A DNA stretch of 64,000 nucleotides from a virus (IMGVR_UViG_3300032030_000057:15509-79508); one strand, 5' to 3'; counted from the first letter of the stretch, positions 7,047-16,779 are shown. Numbers and translations are program-made. Notes: generated by a model not told the origin, from the sequence alone.

Positions 7047-8849
7047 ATGGCAAGTAATGGAACTATCGCACACAGATTTGCGAACAAGGATTACAATTTC
7101 GAGAAGGGTTTGAAGGGTTCATCGACACACATCGACGGACGTAACTACTACTCATATTCGACCGTATTCGGCCAGTGGGTAGACGAAAAGGTCTGCTTAG
7201 TATTCCACGGAGATACATCTATCACGTCGCACAAACATTTCCTTTGGGGTAGCGACTTCCCTAAAGACGTGATACTCCTCCCATACGACGACGGAGGACG
7301 TGGTGGTTATTATGGCTCATGGCATGGTTGTGACCTCCTCGGTTGGTCTGGAGAGTGGAATTTCACCAAGCGCGTTGAACTCATAGACTACTACGTCAAC
7401 AAAATATACAATTCTCTCGAAGCCATCAACGGTGGCACAAAGAAGAATCTGGAAAACAATGCCAGTCGCACGATTGAGTCGTATTGGGGCTACGTCATGA
7501 AACTATGTGCCATGTATCGTGATACGACAATCAACAAGTGGCTGAGGGTTAAGCGTACCGACCTTGACGGTGAGTGGAAACGCAAGAAGAAACTTGTAAA
7601 GGAACTGGATGCTCAGAATATGGATGTGCAGTCTTTGGTTGACATCGTGTTCGGTGAGGGTACGTGGAAGGCTTACTACGACTACTGCGCACGTTACCGC
7701 AAGGCTGCTGACAGTCGTGCAAAGATTGAAACGTTGTGCAAGCGTATTGGCATTGCAAGTCCTTATGAGAAGTGGGGTGGTTACGATGTACTTGACCACG
7801 AAATGAGTGCCGACGACATCCGCAAGCTGACTGCAAAGGAGCGTGTTGACCTGCACTTCCGAGCACTTGCATTCAAGGAATACAAGGAGCACGAGAAAGA
7901 GCGCGAGGAGAAGTACAACAAGAATTTCCGCAACGCATACAAGTGGATTGTAGACTCTGAGCCGAAACAGAAATCTTGGGGTGGTGGCTACGAGAAAGAT
8001 GTCCACAACAACTGCATCAACAAGGACAGCGGTGTTGTATATGAGTGCAGCGGCAGATACATCTTCGGATTCTACTGGTGCAAAACCAGTGTGTCGTTCG
8101 ACTACGATTCGTTCCGTAAGAGCGAGGACAAGGAGCAGTGGATTGCAGACTTCTATGCAATGTGCAAGGAAGTTGCCGACAACCGCAAGGCAATCGGAAT
8201 CCTTAGACGTATCAAGGCACATGTCAAGGATAAGGTACACTATTTGGACGATGACGTGTACCTCAACGATGATTACCTGCGAGAGAACACGAGTCCGAGT
8301 GAGTACATCCTCTGTTCGCACTTTATCTACTTGCAGGACAAGCACTATGCTGACGAGGAGGCTCGCAGACGTGCGGCTGAAATTGCACGCAAGCAGAGAG
8401 AGGAAGAGGAGCGTAAGGAGAAAGAGTTACAGGAGCGCATCAAGCAGGAGCAGATTGATGCCTGCATCGAGCGTGGCGTTGACGGCTATCGTGACCTGTG
8501 GAGACTGCACTATATGGATGTGTACGGAGCAGAAAGCCAGTCGTGTTCGGATGATTTCTTCTATGGCGGTAACGTCCTGCTTCGCTTCTCCATGAACAAG
8601 GACAAGATTGAATCCTCAAAGCACATCCGTCTGACGATTCCAACATGCAAGGCTATGTGGAAGATTGTCAGCAAGTGGCACAACGACCCGAAGTCATTCA
8701 AGGAGATGAATATCAAGACGCTCGACGGCAGCTACACCATTAGCAGCTATCGCAACGACATCCTGACCGCTGGTTGTCACGACATCGCGTACGCTGAAAT
8801 GGAGCACATGTACAACGAGATTGTTAAACTTGAGAACGAGGCAGCATGA
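7047..8849 (+). CDS. Large early protein of unknown function (600 aa)
   Basis: Long ORF with charged helical linker; C-terminal ILTAGCHDI motif. Confidence 0.9.
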   Translation: MASNGTIAHRFANKDYNFEKGLKGSSTHIDGRNYYSYSTVFGQWVDEKVCLVFHGDTSITSHKHFLWGSDFPKDVILLPYDDGGRGGYYGSWHGCDLLGWSGEWNFTKRVELIDYYVNKIYNSLEAINGGTKKNLENNASRTIESYWGYVMKLCAMYRDTTINKWLRVKRTDLDGEWKRKKKLVKELDAQNMDVQSLVDIVFGEGTWKAYYDYCARYRKAADSRAKIETLCKRIGIASPYEKWGGYDVLDHEMSADDIRKLTAKERVDLHFRALAFKEYKEHEKEREEKYNKNFRNAYKWIVDSEPKQKSWGGGYEKDVHNNCINKDSGVVYECSGRYIFGFYWCKTSVSFDYDSFRKSEDKEQWIADFYAMCKEVADNRKAIGILRRIKAHVKDKVHYLDDDVYLNDDYLRENTSPSEYILCSHFIYLQDKHYADEEARRRAAEIARKQREEEERKEKELQERIKQEQIDACIERGVDGYRDLWRLHYMDVYGAESQSCSDDFFYGGNVLLRFSMNKDKIESSKHIRLTIPTCKAMWKIVSKWHNDPKSFKEMNIKTLDGSYTISSYRNDILTAGCHDIAYAEMEHMYNEIVKLENEAA

Positions 8850-9034
8850 AGTACAAAGGTTATAACATCGGTAAACTCTCACGTTCGGTCTATGAACTCG
8901 GACGTGAGGGTTATTGGTGGAACGTGAACAAGGACGGACGCAACGTACACTTTGACACACTGAGAGAAGCAAAGGAGTGGATAAATAAGCAAAATGCAAG
9001 CAAATTACAAGCAAATGAAGTACAAGGAAGTTAA
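8846..9034 (+). CDS. Small hypothetical protein
   Basis: ATGA overlap; HFDTLREAKEWI motif. Confidence 0.7.
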   Translation: MKYKGYNIGKLSRSVYELGREGYWWNVNKDGRNVHFDTLREAKEWINKQNASKLQANEVQGS

Positions 9035-9149
9035 GACGCAGAGCAGCACTAACGATTGCGACGAGTGCTGCTTTGCACTTTCCTGCATCAACCCATGCAG
9101 GTTAAATAGAGGTTATCATTACGAAAAAGTAAAATAAAAAAGTAAGATT

Positions 9150-9362
9150 ATGACAAAAGAAGAGTTAAAAGATTATTTGGTCTGTGAAGCAGGTTACTCA
9201 GACGAGGAAGTTAAAAGTATGACAGACTTCGACTTGGTTGACGCATACCTTACATGGGAAGGCATCATTGGATATACAGAAATCATTGTAGATGTAGTGC
9301 GTCACGCTTTTGGCGACATGTCAGACGACGAAGATATTATAGATATTTTATATAACAGCTAA
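9150..9362 (+). CDS. Small acidic hypothetical protein
   Basis: Very D/E-rich 70 aa. Confidence 0.8.
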   Translation: MTKEELKDYLVCEAGYSDEEVKSMTDFDLVDAYLTWEGIIGYTEIIVDVVRHAFGDMSDDEDIIDILYNS

Positions 9363-9374
9363 AACACTACAACT

Positions 9375-10292
9375 ATGGAAAATAATTATGAAAAGAGATT
9401 CCTGACAAAGGACGGAAACACAAGAATCAGTATCTATCGTGAAGAATATGCAGAGAATCCTCGCGACACGACCGACGAGCCTCTGCGCTGCGAGGACTGG
9501 TCAAGAGACTACTCTATTATGAACAAGCATGAGAGAGAAACAAAATCTGAGAACGCCTGCAAGTGGATTCGTTACATGCTTGAGCGATATGGCAACACAA
9601 AGGAAATCGTCAAGGTTCTACGTGAAAACGCGAAAGCCGAAAAGCATGAAGAGGATGACGATGCTCTTGTGTACGACGCATCACGTCGTGAGTGGATTCT
9701 CAAGTGCTGGATAGCTCGTTGGACTGATTATAGCGGTGAGATTCACGGCAACTGCTGGAGTGAAGAGGTGTATTGGGGAATCAAGCTGAAAGACCTTGAA
9801 GCATCAGACATAGTTCCGTACCTGTCAGACGATATGATTGAAGAGTTTTCTGATGAGAAGTATTTCACTGACGGCATAAAGATGATGTCATACGGCTTCG
9901 GCTACCATGGAGATATATCTTTCTACCGCGAGTTCTCTACCGATAGCGAGGGCATTGCATGGATTGAGAAGGACGAGTTCTTGAGATACTCTGGCAATGG
10001 CGAGGACTATTGGAAAGACTTCGATTGCTATGACATCGAAAGATGGTTGATTAAAGCGTTGGAGGCTTGGGGCAACAACGAGGTCTATGGCTTTGTTGTT
10101 GAGGACTGTATCAAAAGCAAGGTTCACAAGGAGTACACCAATGTAGACAAAGAGGACGAGGACTACGAAGAAGAAGAGTGGGAAGAGAAAGACTCATGTT
10201 GGGGATTCTACGGAGAACTTGACGACAAACAAATCGGATACATTCTTGAGTGTGCAGGTTATAAGATTGAAGAACTTGACGAGGTGGCGTGA
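9375..10292 (+). CDS. Acidic early protein of unknown function (305 aa)
   Basis: AENPR...WGNNEVYGFVVE...DSCWGFYG motifs. Confidence 0.9.
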   Translation: MENNYEKRFLTKDGNTRISIYREEYAENPRDTTDEPLRCEDWSRDYSIMNKHERETKSENACKWIRYMLERYGNTKEIVKVLRENAKAEKHEEDDDALVYDASRREWILKCWIARWTDYSGEIHGNCWSEEVYWGIKLKDLEASDIVPYLSDDMIEEFSDEKYFTDGIKMMSYGFGYHGDISFYREFSTDSEGIAWIEKDEFLRYSGNGEDYWKDFDCYDIERWLIKALEAWGNNEVYGFVVEDCIKSKVHKEYTNVDKEDEDYEEEEWEEKDSCWGFYGELDDKQIGYILECAGYKIEELDEVA

Positions 10293-10315
10293 ATCACTAT
10301 CACGCGCCGCCCGTC
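10278..10315 (+). repeat. Early-region hairpin repeat copy H3
   Basis: gacg-a-ggtggc-gtga[ATCACTA]tcac-gc-gccgcc-cgtc overlapping the stop of 9375..10292. Confidence 0.7.
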
Positions 10316-10331
10316 GCTAAACGATACAATT

Positions 10332-10619
10332 ATGACACATGACGAAATCAAGGCAGCGGTAAAGCTGCTCAAGGCAAATCCTATAGAGGATTATTGGAAA
10401 CCGAAAAACATCGGAGAGTTTACCGCACAAAGAATCGAGGCCAACCATCTCGGATGCAGGATGTATCTTCTTGGTCAGGAGAACGGACTCGACGACCTAT
10501 ACTGCTACGGCACTGGATGCGTCTACCTGCAGATTAGCCGTGTGCCGAACACTCACTGGCTCAATGAGAGCGGGTACACATATATGGTTTGGAAAGAGGT
10601 TCGCGTCTCACTCCAGTGA
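10332..10619 (+). CDS. Early hypothetical protein
   Basis: ORF following H3; C-terminus possibly frameshifted. Confidence 0.75.
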   Translation: MTHDEIKAAVKLLKANPIEDYWKPKNIGEFTAQRIEANHLGCRMYLLGQENGLDDLYCYGTGCVYLQISRVPNTHWLNESGYTYMVWKEVRVSLQ

Positions 10620-10771
10620 TATACACACTGAGGATTCAAGACGTATCCTTCGAGGATGAATAATGAAAGGAAAAGATATATCTCATTTGTTTAAGTTAAT
10701 ACTAATTTTCGGGTGCGTGGCGTGCTGCTGCGTACCCTCCTTTTTGAAACAACTTTTAAAACGATATAATT

Positions 10772-11851
10772 ATGAATTATCCCGAAGAATTAAGAGAAAG
10801 ATGGAATGAGTGCCAATTTGATGACCGCGACATCATTCAGAAGTTTTTGGAAAAGCAGTACGACATTCGCTATGGTCGTCAGCGTGACACATGGCACTTT
10901 GAGCCTGCCGTTGAAGTCGTTGCACATAACGGCTCACTTGTCCTTGTCCACGATATTAAATTGGATAAAGACAGGTTTGTCGTATTCTGCGTAGAGGCTT
11001 TCTGTGAAAAGAATGCTGAGTGGGAGTGTTTCGACTTCGCATACGGAGAGTTAAGCAAGGTTATCGAAGCTCTTCCTGATGCTGATGAGATAAATAAGAA
11101 AAACGCACTTGATGACCTCGTTAAAATGAATGATAATCTGCGCATTGACCTGTTGCTTGGAGAAAGCCCATTTATCTACAACACAGACAAAAGGATATGC
11201 TGGTCTGAATTTGTAGATGGTAGTGCTTTTAACTTCAACAAACTCGTAGATGTTTATGGAGTAGACTTTATCGTTAAGTTTAGAGACCACATCAACATAG
11301 AGGTTCTTCACAGGAGCAAGGAGTACAAGGAGTTGATGGAGTTGCTTTCACTTCAAGAGAATTTAAGGTTCGAGTGTCAGAACTACGGAGACGCAACATT
11401 CGTTATTGACGGAACAGATATGACGTTTAACGTGTCATCGCTGAGGAGAGACGACAAAGGTAATCTTGTTATCTATGGCGGTGATATTAACGCAGATGTG
11501 TGTGACGGAATTACATTGACCGAAAAAGAAATCAAGCCAGAGTATCTTACAAGCATCATTGAGTGTATGAAACCAAAGTACACCGACATCATGAACACAT
11601 ACAACGGACACAACCCAGAGCTTGTTCGCAAGATTAACGATGCGTGGAAGAATGAAAAGTATCACGATTCGTTTGGCGACATCTTGTATGCGATTGCTTG
11701 CAGGGACATGGATGAGTGGAAAGAAAAGTATGACGATATTATTCACGACTCAGAAGACGCAATGTATCACGCTGATGAAATCATGGAGGGTGTCTGTGAC
11801 GATTTGGATTTGAAAACAATTCTTAACTTTATCAGATATGAAGAAGAATAG
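10772..11851 (+). CDS. Acidic early protein of unknown function (359 aa)
   Basis: Long ORF, aattATG start. Confidence 0.9.
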   Translation: MNYPEELRERWNECQFDDRDIIQKFLEKQYDIRYGRQRDTWHFEPAVEVVAHNGSLVLVHDIKLDKDRFVVFCVEAFCEKNAEWECFDFAYGELSKVIEALPDADEINKKNALDDLVKMNDNLRIDLLLGESPFIYNTDKRICWSEFVDGSAFNFNKLVDVYGVDFIVKFRDHINIEVLHRSKEYKELMELLSLQENLRFECQNYGDATFVIDGTDMTFNVSSLRRDDKGNLVIYGGDINADVCDGITLTEKEIKPEYLTSIIECMKPKYTDIMNTYNGHNPELVRKINDAWKNEKYHDSFGDILYAIACRDMDEWKEKYDDIIHDSEDAMYHADEIMEGVCDDLDLKTILNFIRYEEE

Positions 11852-11993
11852 TGTTTTGAGTATACTGCTTATACTCCTGTTTGTATTACTTGCCTGCGCA
11901 TCGGTTGCCTTCTTGGTCATCGGTGCATGGTGGAACTCTTGGGCCATAGCTTGTATTGCGGTACTGATTTACGTCGCCATCCGCGAGTGGTAG
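11838..11993 (+). CDS. Small two-TM membrane protein (51 aa)
   Basis: MKKNSVLSILLILLFVLLACASVAF... Confidence 0.6.
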   Translation: MKKNSVLSILLILLFVLLACASVAFLVIGAWWNSWAIACIAVLIYVAIREW

Positions 11994-12057
11994 GGTGTAT
12001 CGCGCACACGCATAGCTATAATAATTATTAATATTTAATTAATTAGTATATACTATT

Positions 12058-12426
12058 ATGAAATTTTACAGTCAAATTAATTTTGGAAAAATTGCGTGCA
12101 TCCTTACACAGGCAGCACAAGGGTTATCGTCAATTACAGGTTGCAACCTTATCGTATCGGACATGGTCTACTCTCTAACAGACCTCAGCACGAATCTTCA
12201 TGGCGGAGGTTTCAATGAGCCGTATTTCATAGCTATAAGGGAGATGGGTACTGAGTCTGGTAACAAAGAACACTGCATCGAACGTTGCAAAGGTCTTGGC
12301 TATCCTCTTGTCATTGCGAAGATTGAGAAGGACAAGGTCTGCGACTGCAATATGACAATCATGCTCACCCATAACTGGATGAACGGAGACAATAACTATA
12401 TGGAACAGGAATTTAATTCGCTTTAA
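12058..12426 (+). CDS. Hypothetical protein
   Basis: 122-aa ORF. Confidence 0.8.
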   Translation: MKFYSQINFGKIACILTQAAQGLSSITGCNLIVSDMVYSLTDLSTNLHGGGFNEPYFIAIREMGTESGNKEHCIERCKGLGYPLVIAKIEKDKVCDCNMTIMLTHNWMNGDNNYMEQEFNSL

Positions 12427-12427
12427 T

Positions 12428-12619
12428 ATGAACAATGAAGAAATAAAGAAGGCTCTTGAAGCACTTGAAATCGCTGACAAAAAGCTATATAAAAGCGAGG
12501 AGTGCTCTTTATGTCTTTACAATGAAGTGTCAGATTACATTAAAGTTGCAAAAGATATATTAACGAGAGAACAGGATAACAGACGTTCACACTCTGCGCC
12601 CACCGACGACAAACATTAA
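12428..12619 (+). CDS. Small helical hypothetical protein
   Basis: 63-aa ORF whose 3' end runs through repeat H4. Confidence 0.7.
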   Translation: MNNEEIKKALEALEIADKKLYKSEECSLCLYNEVSDYIKVAKDILTREQDNRRSHSAPTDDKH

Positions 12620-12636
12620 TATTAACATTAAAACAA
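12580..12636 (+). repeat. Early-region hairpin repeat copy H4 (degenerate)
   Basis: caga-cgTTCACACtctg-CGCCCACC-gacgacaaacat-aatattaacattaaaac. Confidence 0.5.
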
Positions 12637-12644
12637 CAACAATT

Positions 12645-13052
12645 ATGAACATCAAAATTGCAGCGAACGATTACGTTCAACCAAAAGAAGTGAGAGAAAA
12701 CGTCGTACAGACATTGTGTAACATCATTATGGCCGACTACCTTGACAGGAACATGTCAATCACGGTTCACGTCAAGCACGCAGAGATGTATATAGGAGTA
12801 CACAAGGGTGGTGTGGATGCGACAAACATTCCCTACCTGATTACTCGCTCAACTCTGAACAGCAACTACGTATACACAAGGGTTAACTCCTGTGAGGTCG
12901 ACGAGGCGTTCAAGGCCATCCAAGACGCAGGGTACTTCATTTATCTCGAACGAGACAAGAAGACAAAGGACTCTGTGTACACGTTCTCAAAGAAACCAGT
13001 ACGCTATGGTGTGACCGCAAAGAATATTGAGTTTGATGTATTTATTGATTAA
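12645..13052 (+). CDS. Hypothetical protein
   Basis: 135-aa ORF after H4. Confidence 0.85.
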   Translation: MNIKIAANDYVQPKEVRENVVQTLCNIIMADYLDRNMSITVHVKHAEMYIGVHKGGVDATNIPYLITRSTLNSNYVYTRVNSCEVDEAFKAIQDAGYFIYLERDKKTKDSVYTFSKKPVRYGVTAKNIEFDVFID

Positions 13053-13069
13053 TTATAGGAGACAAGTTT

Positions 13070-13420
13070 ATGCTAAGAGTTAATTATCAGATTGTGTTCG
13101 GAGAAGTGTTCGGAAAGAGCAACGGAATAAAGTGGAAGGTTCGGTATCACCCAGCCAATTGCAACCTTGGTGCGTTCATCTACCACTACAAGAACGAGAA
13201 AGGTGAGAAGATGGCTCAGATGTGGAACTTCCTCAACGACAAGCAGCATGTCAATAACATCATGAAAGACAAGTATTGCAACGGCAAGCTGTTGGGTGAC
13301 GAGGTTTACAAGGTGCGCCTAAATGTGTACTACAAGCAGGCTCGCGACATCATCGAGGCTTGCGCCAAGTCTGGTTATAAAGTAGAGTGCTATTACAAGG
13401 AACCAGAGACAAAGAAGTAA
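13070..13420 (+). CDS. Hypothetical protein
   Basis: 116-aa ORF. Confidence 0.85.
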   Translation: MLRVNYQIVFGEVFGKSNGIKWKVRYHPANCNLGAFIYHYKNEKGEKMAQMWNFLNDKQHVNNIMKDKYCNGKLLGDEVYKVRLNVYYKQARDIIEACAKSGYKVECYYKEPETKK

Positions 13421-13421
13421 T

Positions 13422-13562
13422 ATGGCAAAGAAAGAGCGAAAGACGGTCTGTCTTGACTGTCATAAAGAGATAAGCGATGTTGAGTTCATTAGGTATGGTG
13501 GCATGTGCATCTCATGCTGGCACAAAGATAACGAGAAAAGGAAAGGAGGTGTTGGCAAGTGA
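13422..13562 (+). CDS. Small zinc-finger protein (46 aa)
   Basis: CLDC...CISC; starts 1 nt after upstream stop. Confidence 0.65.
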   Translation: MAKKERKTVCLDCHKEISDVEFIRYGGMCISCWHKDNEKRKGGVGK

Positions 13563-13605
13563 CAATATTCATACTATTCGGTCTCGTAGGCTGGGTTTTG
13601 ACTGG

Positions 13606-13685
13606 TTCGTGGACGAAGTGCAAATAAATCACTATCGCCACGGACACAGCGAACGTTAACAAGAGTATTAACATTAAACATTAAA
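13606..13685 (+). repeat. Early-region hairpin repeat copy H5 (variant)
   Basis: tcgtgg-a-cga...aATCACTAtcg-ccacgga then GAGTATTAACATTAAAC. Confidence 0.5.
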
Positions 13686-13690
13686 TAATT

Positions 13691-13873
13691 ATGAAGAAAT
13701 TTTCAGTGGACGTGGACTTCACCATGGCAAAGACAATCGAGGTTCTTGCAGAGAACGAAGAACAAGCAATGGAAATTGCAAGTAGCAAGATTGACGAGAA
13801 CCCTTACGGATATGCAAAAGGGTTCTCTCACTATGTAGGTTATGAGATTATTGACGCTAACGAGGAGGATTGA
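13691..13873 (+). CDS. Small protein resembling DpnD/PcfM-like phage proteins
   Basis: KFSVDVDFTMAKTIEVLAENEEQAMEIA pattern. Confidence 0.6.
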   Translation: MKKFSVDVDFTMAKTIEVLAENEEQAMEIASSKIDENPYGYAKGFSHYVGYEIIDANEED

Positions 13874-14415
13874 GTATGTATCAGCAGATGGTTTGTAATG
13901 AATATGGCGAGCCGATGTACGTTGAGAACGTAATGGACGCTCAAGAAGAACAAGAGTTCTATTGGGAAGAAATGCAGATGCGAGCCGACGACCCGTATTA
14001 TGCACAGATGCGCGAGAAAGAAGAATGGATTGCACGGGCAACAAGAGTATTTGAAGATAATGGATTGAAAGTCCCATATTATGTCAAAGAGGCATGGGTA
14101 AAAGAAATGAGGAATCTGCAAAGAATGAACGAAGAAGAGAAAGTTATGTCAAAGGTTCGACCTCTTGTAGACTTTCTTAATCGCATGATGCCAAATACAG
14201 AGTGGTACGCAAACTACTACGGTGAGACTCCTGATGAGGAGGCTCATGTTGAAGTGGATTATACTCATGCCCCTTACAAAGAGGATTATCTGCACGCATT
14301 GGATGTGTGGCATGAAAAGTATAAAGACGATGATGACATGTTGTATGTTCCAGACGATTCTTTGGTGTGCTCTACGAGATATATGAAAGAAAAAGAAAAC
14401 ATCACAAATAAATAA
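13870..14415 (+). CDS. Acidic hypothetical protein
   Basis: 181-aa ORF. Confidence 0.8.
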   Translation: MSMYQQMVCNEYGEPMYVENVMDAQEEQEFYWEEMQMRADDPYYAQMREKEEWIARATRVFEDNGLKVPYYVKEAWVKEMRNLQRMNEEEKVMSKVRPLVDFLNRMMPNTEWYANYYGETPDEEAHVEVDYTHAPYKEDYLHALDVWHEKYKDDDDMLYVPDDSLVCSTRYMKEKENITNK

Positions 14416-14417
14416 GA

Positions 14418-14648
14418 TTGATTATGGACAAGGAAATGATAAAGCGTCTTGAGAAATTCGGACGCGTAGAATCAGATTCAAAAACGTGGGTTCACCCTTG
14501 GAAAACCTACTGGCATCTGTACTGCAAGAAGCATCATGACCTTCTTATAAAGGTTCTTAGCAAGATGTATCCCGAGTATCTATTCTATCGTGGAGAGTGT
14601 CATATATGTGGCACAATCTATCAAGTAATCGAAATATCAAAGAAATAA
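14418..14648 (+). CDS. Small hypothetical protein
   Basis: 76-aa ORF. Confidence 0.7.
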   Translation: MIMDKEMIKRLEKFGRVESDSKTWVHPWKTYWHLYCKKHHDLLIKVLSKMYPEYLFYRGECHICGTIYQVIEISKK

Positions 14649-14681
14649 TCAAACAACAACAATTTTTAAAAATTAAACATT

Positions 14682-14975
14682 ATGGAAGAGAAGAGAATTT
14701 GCAAGGTTTGCGGACGCGAGTTAGAAATTTACAAGTTCCTCAAAAGTGGAGGAAAACCAACAAGTGTTTGTAAGGAGTGTGCTGCCAGAAAGAAGGCTGA
14801 GACTTGGGCAAAGAAGAAGAACGACAAAAATCTTGAACATGAACTCGAAAATGCAAAGAATCTGCGCCTGCAGGACTTCACCGCACGGGAGCTGTTCGCT
14901 GAAATCAAGCGTCGCGGATACGAGTTCAAGGCGACGTACACCGAGGTTCACACAATTAATTCAAAAGACTTCTAA
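14682..14975 (+). CDS. Zinc-ribbon basic protein
   Basis: CKVC...CKEC; LQDFTARELFAEIKRRGY tail. Confidence 0.8.
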   Translation: MEEKRICKVCGRELEIYKFLKSGGKPTSVCKECAARKKAETWAKKKNDKNLEHELENAKNLRLQDFTARELFAEIKRRGYEFKATYTEVHTINSKDF

Positions 14976-14986
14976 ATATTACAACT

Positions 14987-15217
14987 ATGGCAAAATTTAT
15001 CAAAGTAAACAATATGCTCGACATGAGCAAAAAGGCTAACCCAAAGCCTTCGTATATCAATGCAGACAACATTATCTTCTTCCGTGAAGCAAGTGATACT
15101 GAAATCCGCATCTACAATTCCAGAGTATCCGAGATTGTCGTCAAGACAGGAAACGGAACAAGGACGTACACAGTTCAGCAGACTGTCGATGATATACTTG
15201 CACAAATAATTTATTGA
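14987..15217 (+). CDS. Small hypothetical protein
   Basis: YINADNI...TVQQTVDDI pattern. Confidence 0.75.
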   Translation: MAKFIKVNNMLDMSKKANPKPSYINADNIIFFREASDTEIRIYNSRVSEIVVKTGNGTRTYTVQQTVDDILAQIIY

Positions 15218-15220
15218 TAT

Positions 15221-16030
15221 ATGAGTGTTAAAAAATTCGTCGGATGGAGGCGCGTCAGTACAGCGAAACAACGCGGCTCACACTTAGGATTGGAGGCTCA
15301 GAAGTCTATTATTGATTTCTTTGTCGAAAAAGAGAAAGGCGAACTGATTGCAGACTATGAGGAATGTCATAGCGGAACTGACCTTGCAGGTTGTACAGAA
15401 CTAAAGAAAGCAAAGGAACACTGCAAGAAAACAGGCGCAACCCTAATCATCGCAAAGACTGACAGATGCCGTGATACAATCGAGGCTCTTCAGTTGTACG
15501 AGGAAATGAATGGGCGTATTTATTTCTGCGATTTGCCTCACACAGACAAGTTTACTTTAACCTTGTTCTTCAGCCTTGCAGAGCGAGAGGCCATGATTGT
15601 AAGTCTAAGAACAAAGCAGGCACTCGCAGCATTAAAGGCTCGTGGAGATGTAAAGCTTGGAGCATCTAACCAAAAGTATCGCGAGACGTACGACAACAAG
15701 TCCGACGAAGAAAAGGTCTGTATTGCCCAGAAAAGAGGCAGGACTAAGACAGGAAACTATATCGCATCAAGAGATGTGCAGGCGTTCATCAAGGCTCTGC
15801 GTGCAACGTTTACAGAGGCAACGCAAGGAGAACCTACCGAATGGACTTGGAACTGCATCAACACCAAGAACGGGCCACGTCAGCGTGTCCTCGGAATGAT
15901 GAAGAACTTCCAAGACCTAGACGGAACTTTGTTCAGAGGGTGGAATTTCACCGACCTGAACTCCACTAAGCTGCAGGTGAAACTTGCAAATCAGATTTCA
16001 TGCCTGAGGCGTAGTGTAAAAGCATTATAA
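15221..16030 (+). CDS. Serine recombinase (resolvase/invertase family)
   Basis: GWRRVSTAKQ catalytic Ser motif, SG, LIIAKTDRCR, AEREAMIVSLRTKQALAALKARG. Confidence 0.9.
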   Translation: MSVKKFVGWRRVSTAKQRGSHLGLEAQKSIIDFFVEKEKGELIADYEECHSGTDLAGCTELKKAKEHCKKTGATLIIAKTDRCRDTIEALQLYEEMNGRIYFCDLPHTDKFTLTLFFSLAEREAMIVSLRTKQALAALKARGDVKLGASNQKYRETYDNKSDEEKVCIAQKRGRTKTGNYIASRDVQAFIKALRATFTEATQGEPTEWTWNCINTKNGPRQRVLGMMKNFQDLDGTLFRGWNFTDLNSTKLQVKLANQISCLRRSVKAL

Positions 16031-16067
16031 ATTATCAAGTATTATTAACTAATTAACAAGTAAGATT

Positions 16068-16301
16068 ATGAACAAGCAGAGAAGAAAGTGGTTAACCGAC
16101 ACCATCGAACAGTTGGAAAAAGCAAAGGACGAGTTGGAGTCAATCCGTGACGAGGAACAAAGTGCGTTTGACGCACTGCCCGAGAATATCCAGTATTCGG
16201 AGCGTGGTGACACCATGCAGGAGAATATTGATGAGATGGAAGACGAGATTTCCAACCTCGAAGATGTGATTAGTAACTTAAACGATATTGTTGATAAATA
16301 A
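16068..16301 (+). CDS. Acidic coiled-coil phage protein
   Basis: MNKQRRK...EEQSAFDALPENIQYSERG. Confidence 0.8.
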   Translation: MNKQRRKWLTDTIEQLEKAKDELESIRDEEQSAFDALPENIQYSERGDTMQENIDEMEDEISNLEDVISNLNDIVDK

Positions 16302-16749
16302 AGCTATGAAGATTAATTTTGAGATTAGAGAGGTCAGCCATGAGAATCTGGTTAACCTTTTCAGTACGGCATTGTACGGTAACAACAAATGGTGTGCTGA
16401 CTACGACGTGGATACATACTTAAAGTGTGACGGCGCAGAGAAGAATGAGTGCTTGGAAGACAAGCTTGCACGTATGCTTCTGAATGGATATCCAGTTCAG
16501 ATAAGCGACATGTATGCAGAGGATGAGACAGATTTCCACGGTGAACTAAAGCACAGGTATGACAAGGAAAATTGCTGCATGGACTACGACGTGTACATGT
16601 CCGACATTATTGCAGGCCTCAAGAAGGCTTGTGATAAAGGTGAGTCTGTTAAGGTTCTTGACCTAGCAAACGAGCCAGAGAACCTTGACATGTGGGATGC
16701 AGACATACTCCTGCAATACATTGTATTCGGAGACTACATCTACGATTAA
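16288..16749 (+). CDS. Acidic hypothetical protein
   Basis: Ends DMWDADILLQYIVFGDYIYD; true start may be MKINF. Confidence 0.85.
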   Translation: MLINKAMKINFEIREVSHENLVNLFSTALYGNNKWCADYDVDTYLKCDGAEKNECLEDKLARMLLNGYPVQISDMYAEDETDFHGELKHRYDKENCCMDYDVYMSDIIAGLKKACDKGESVKVLDLANEPENLDMWDADILLQYIVFGDYIYD

Positions 16750-16779
16750 CACTCTTTAATAGAATTTGTTGCAACAAAG

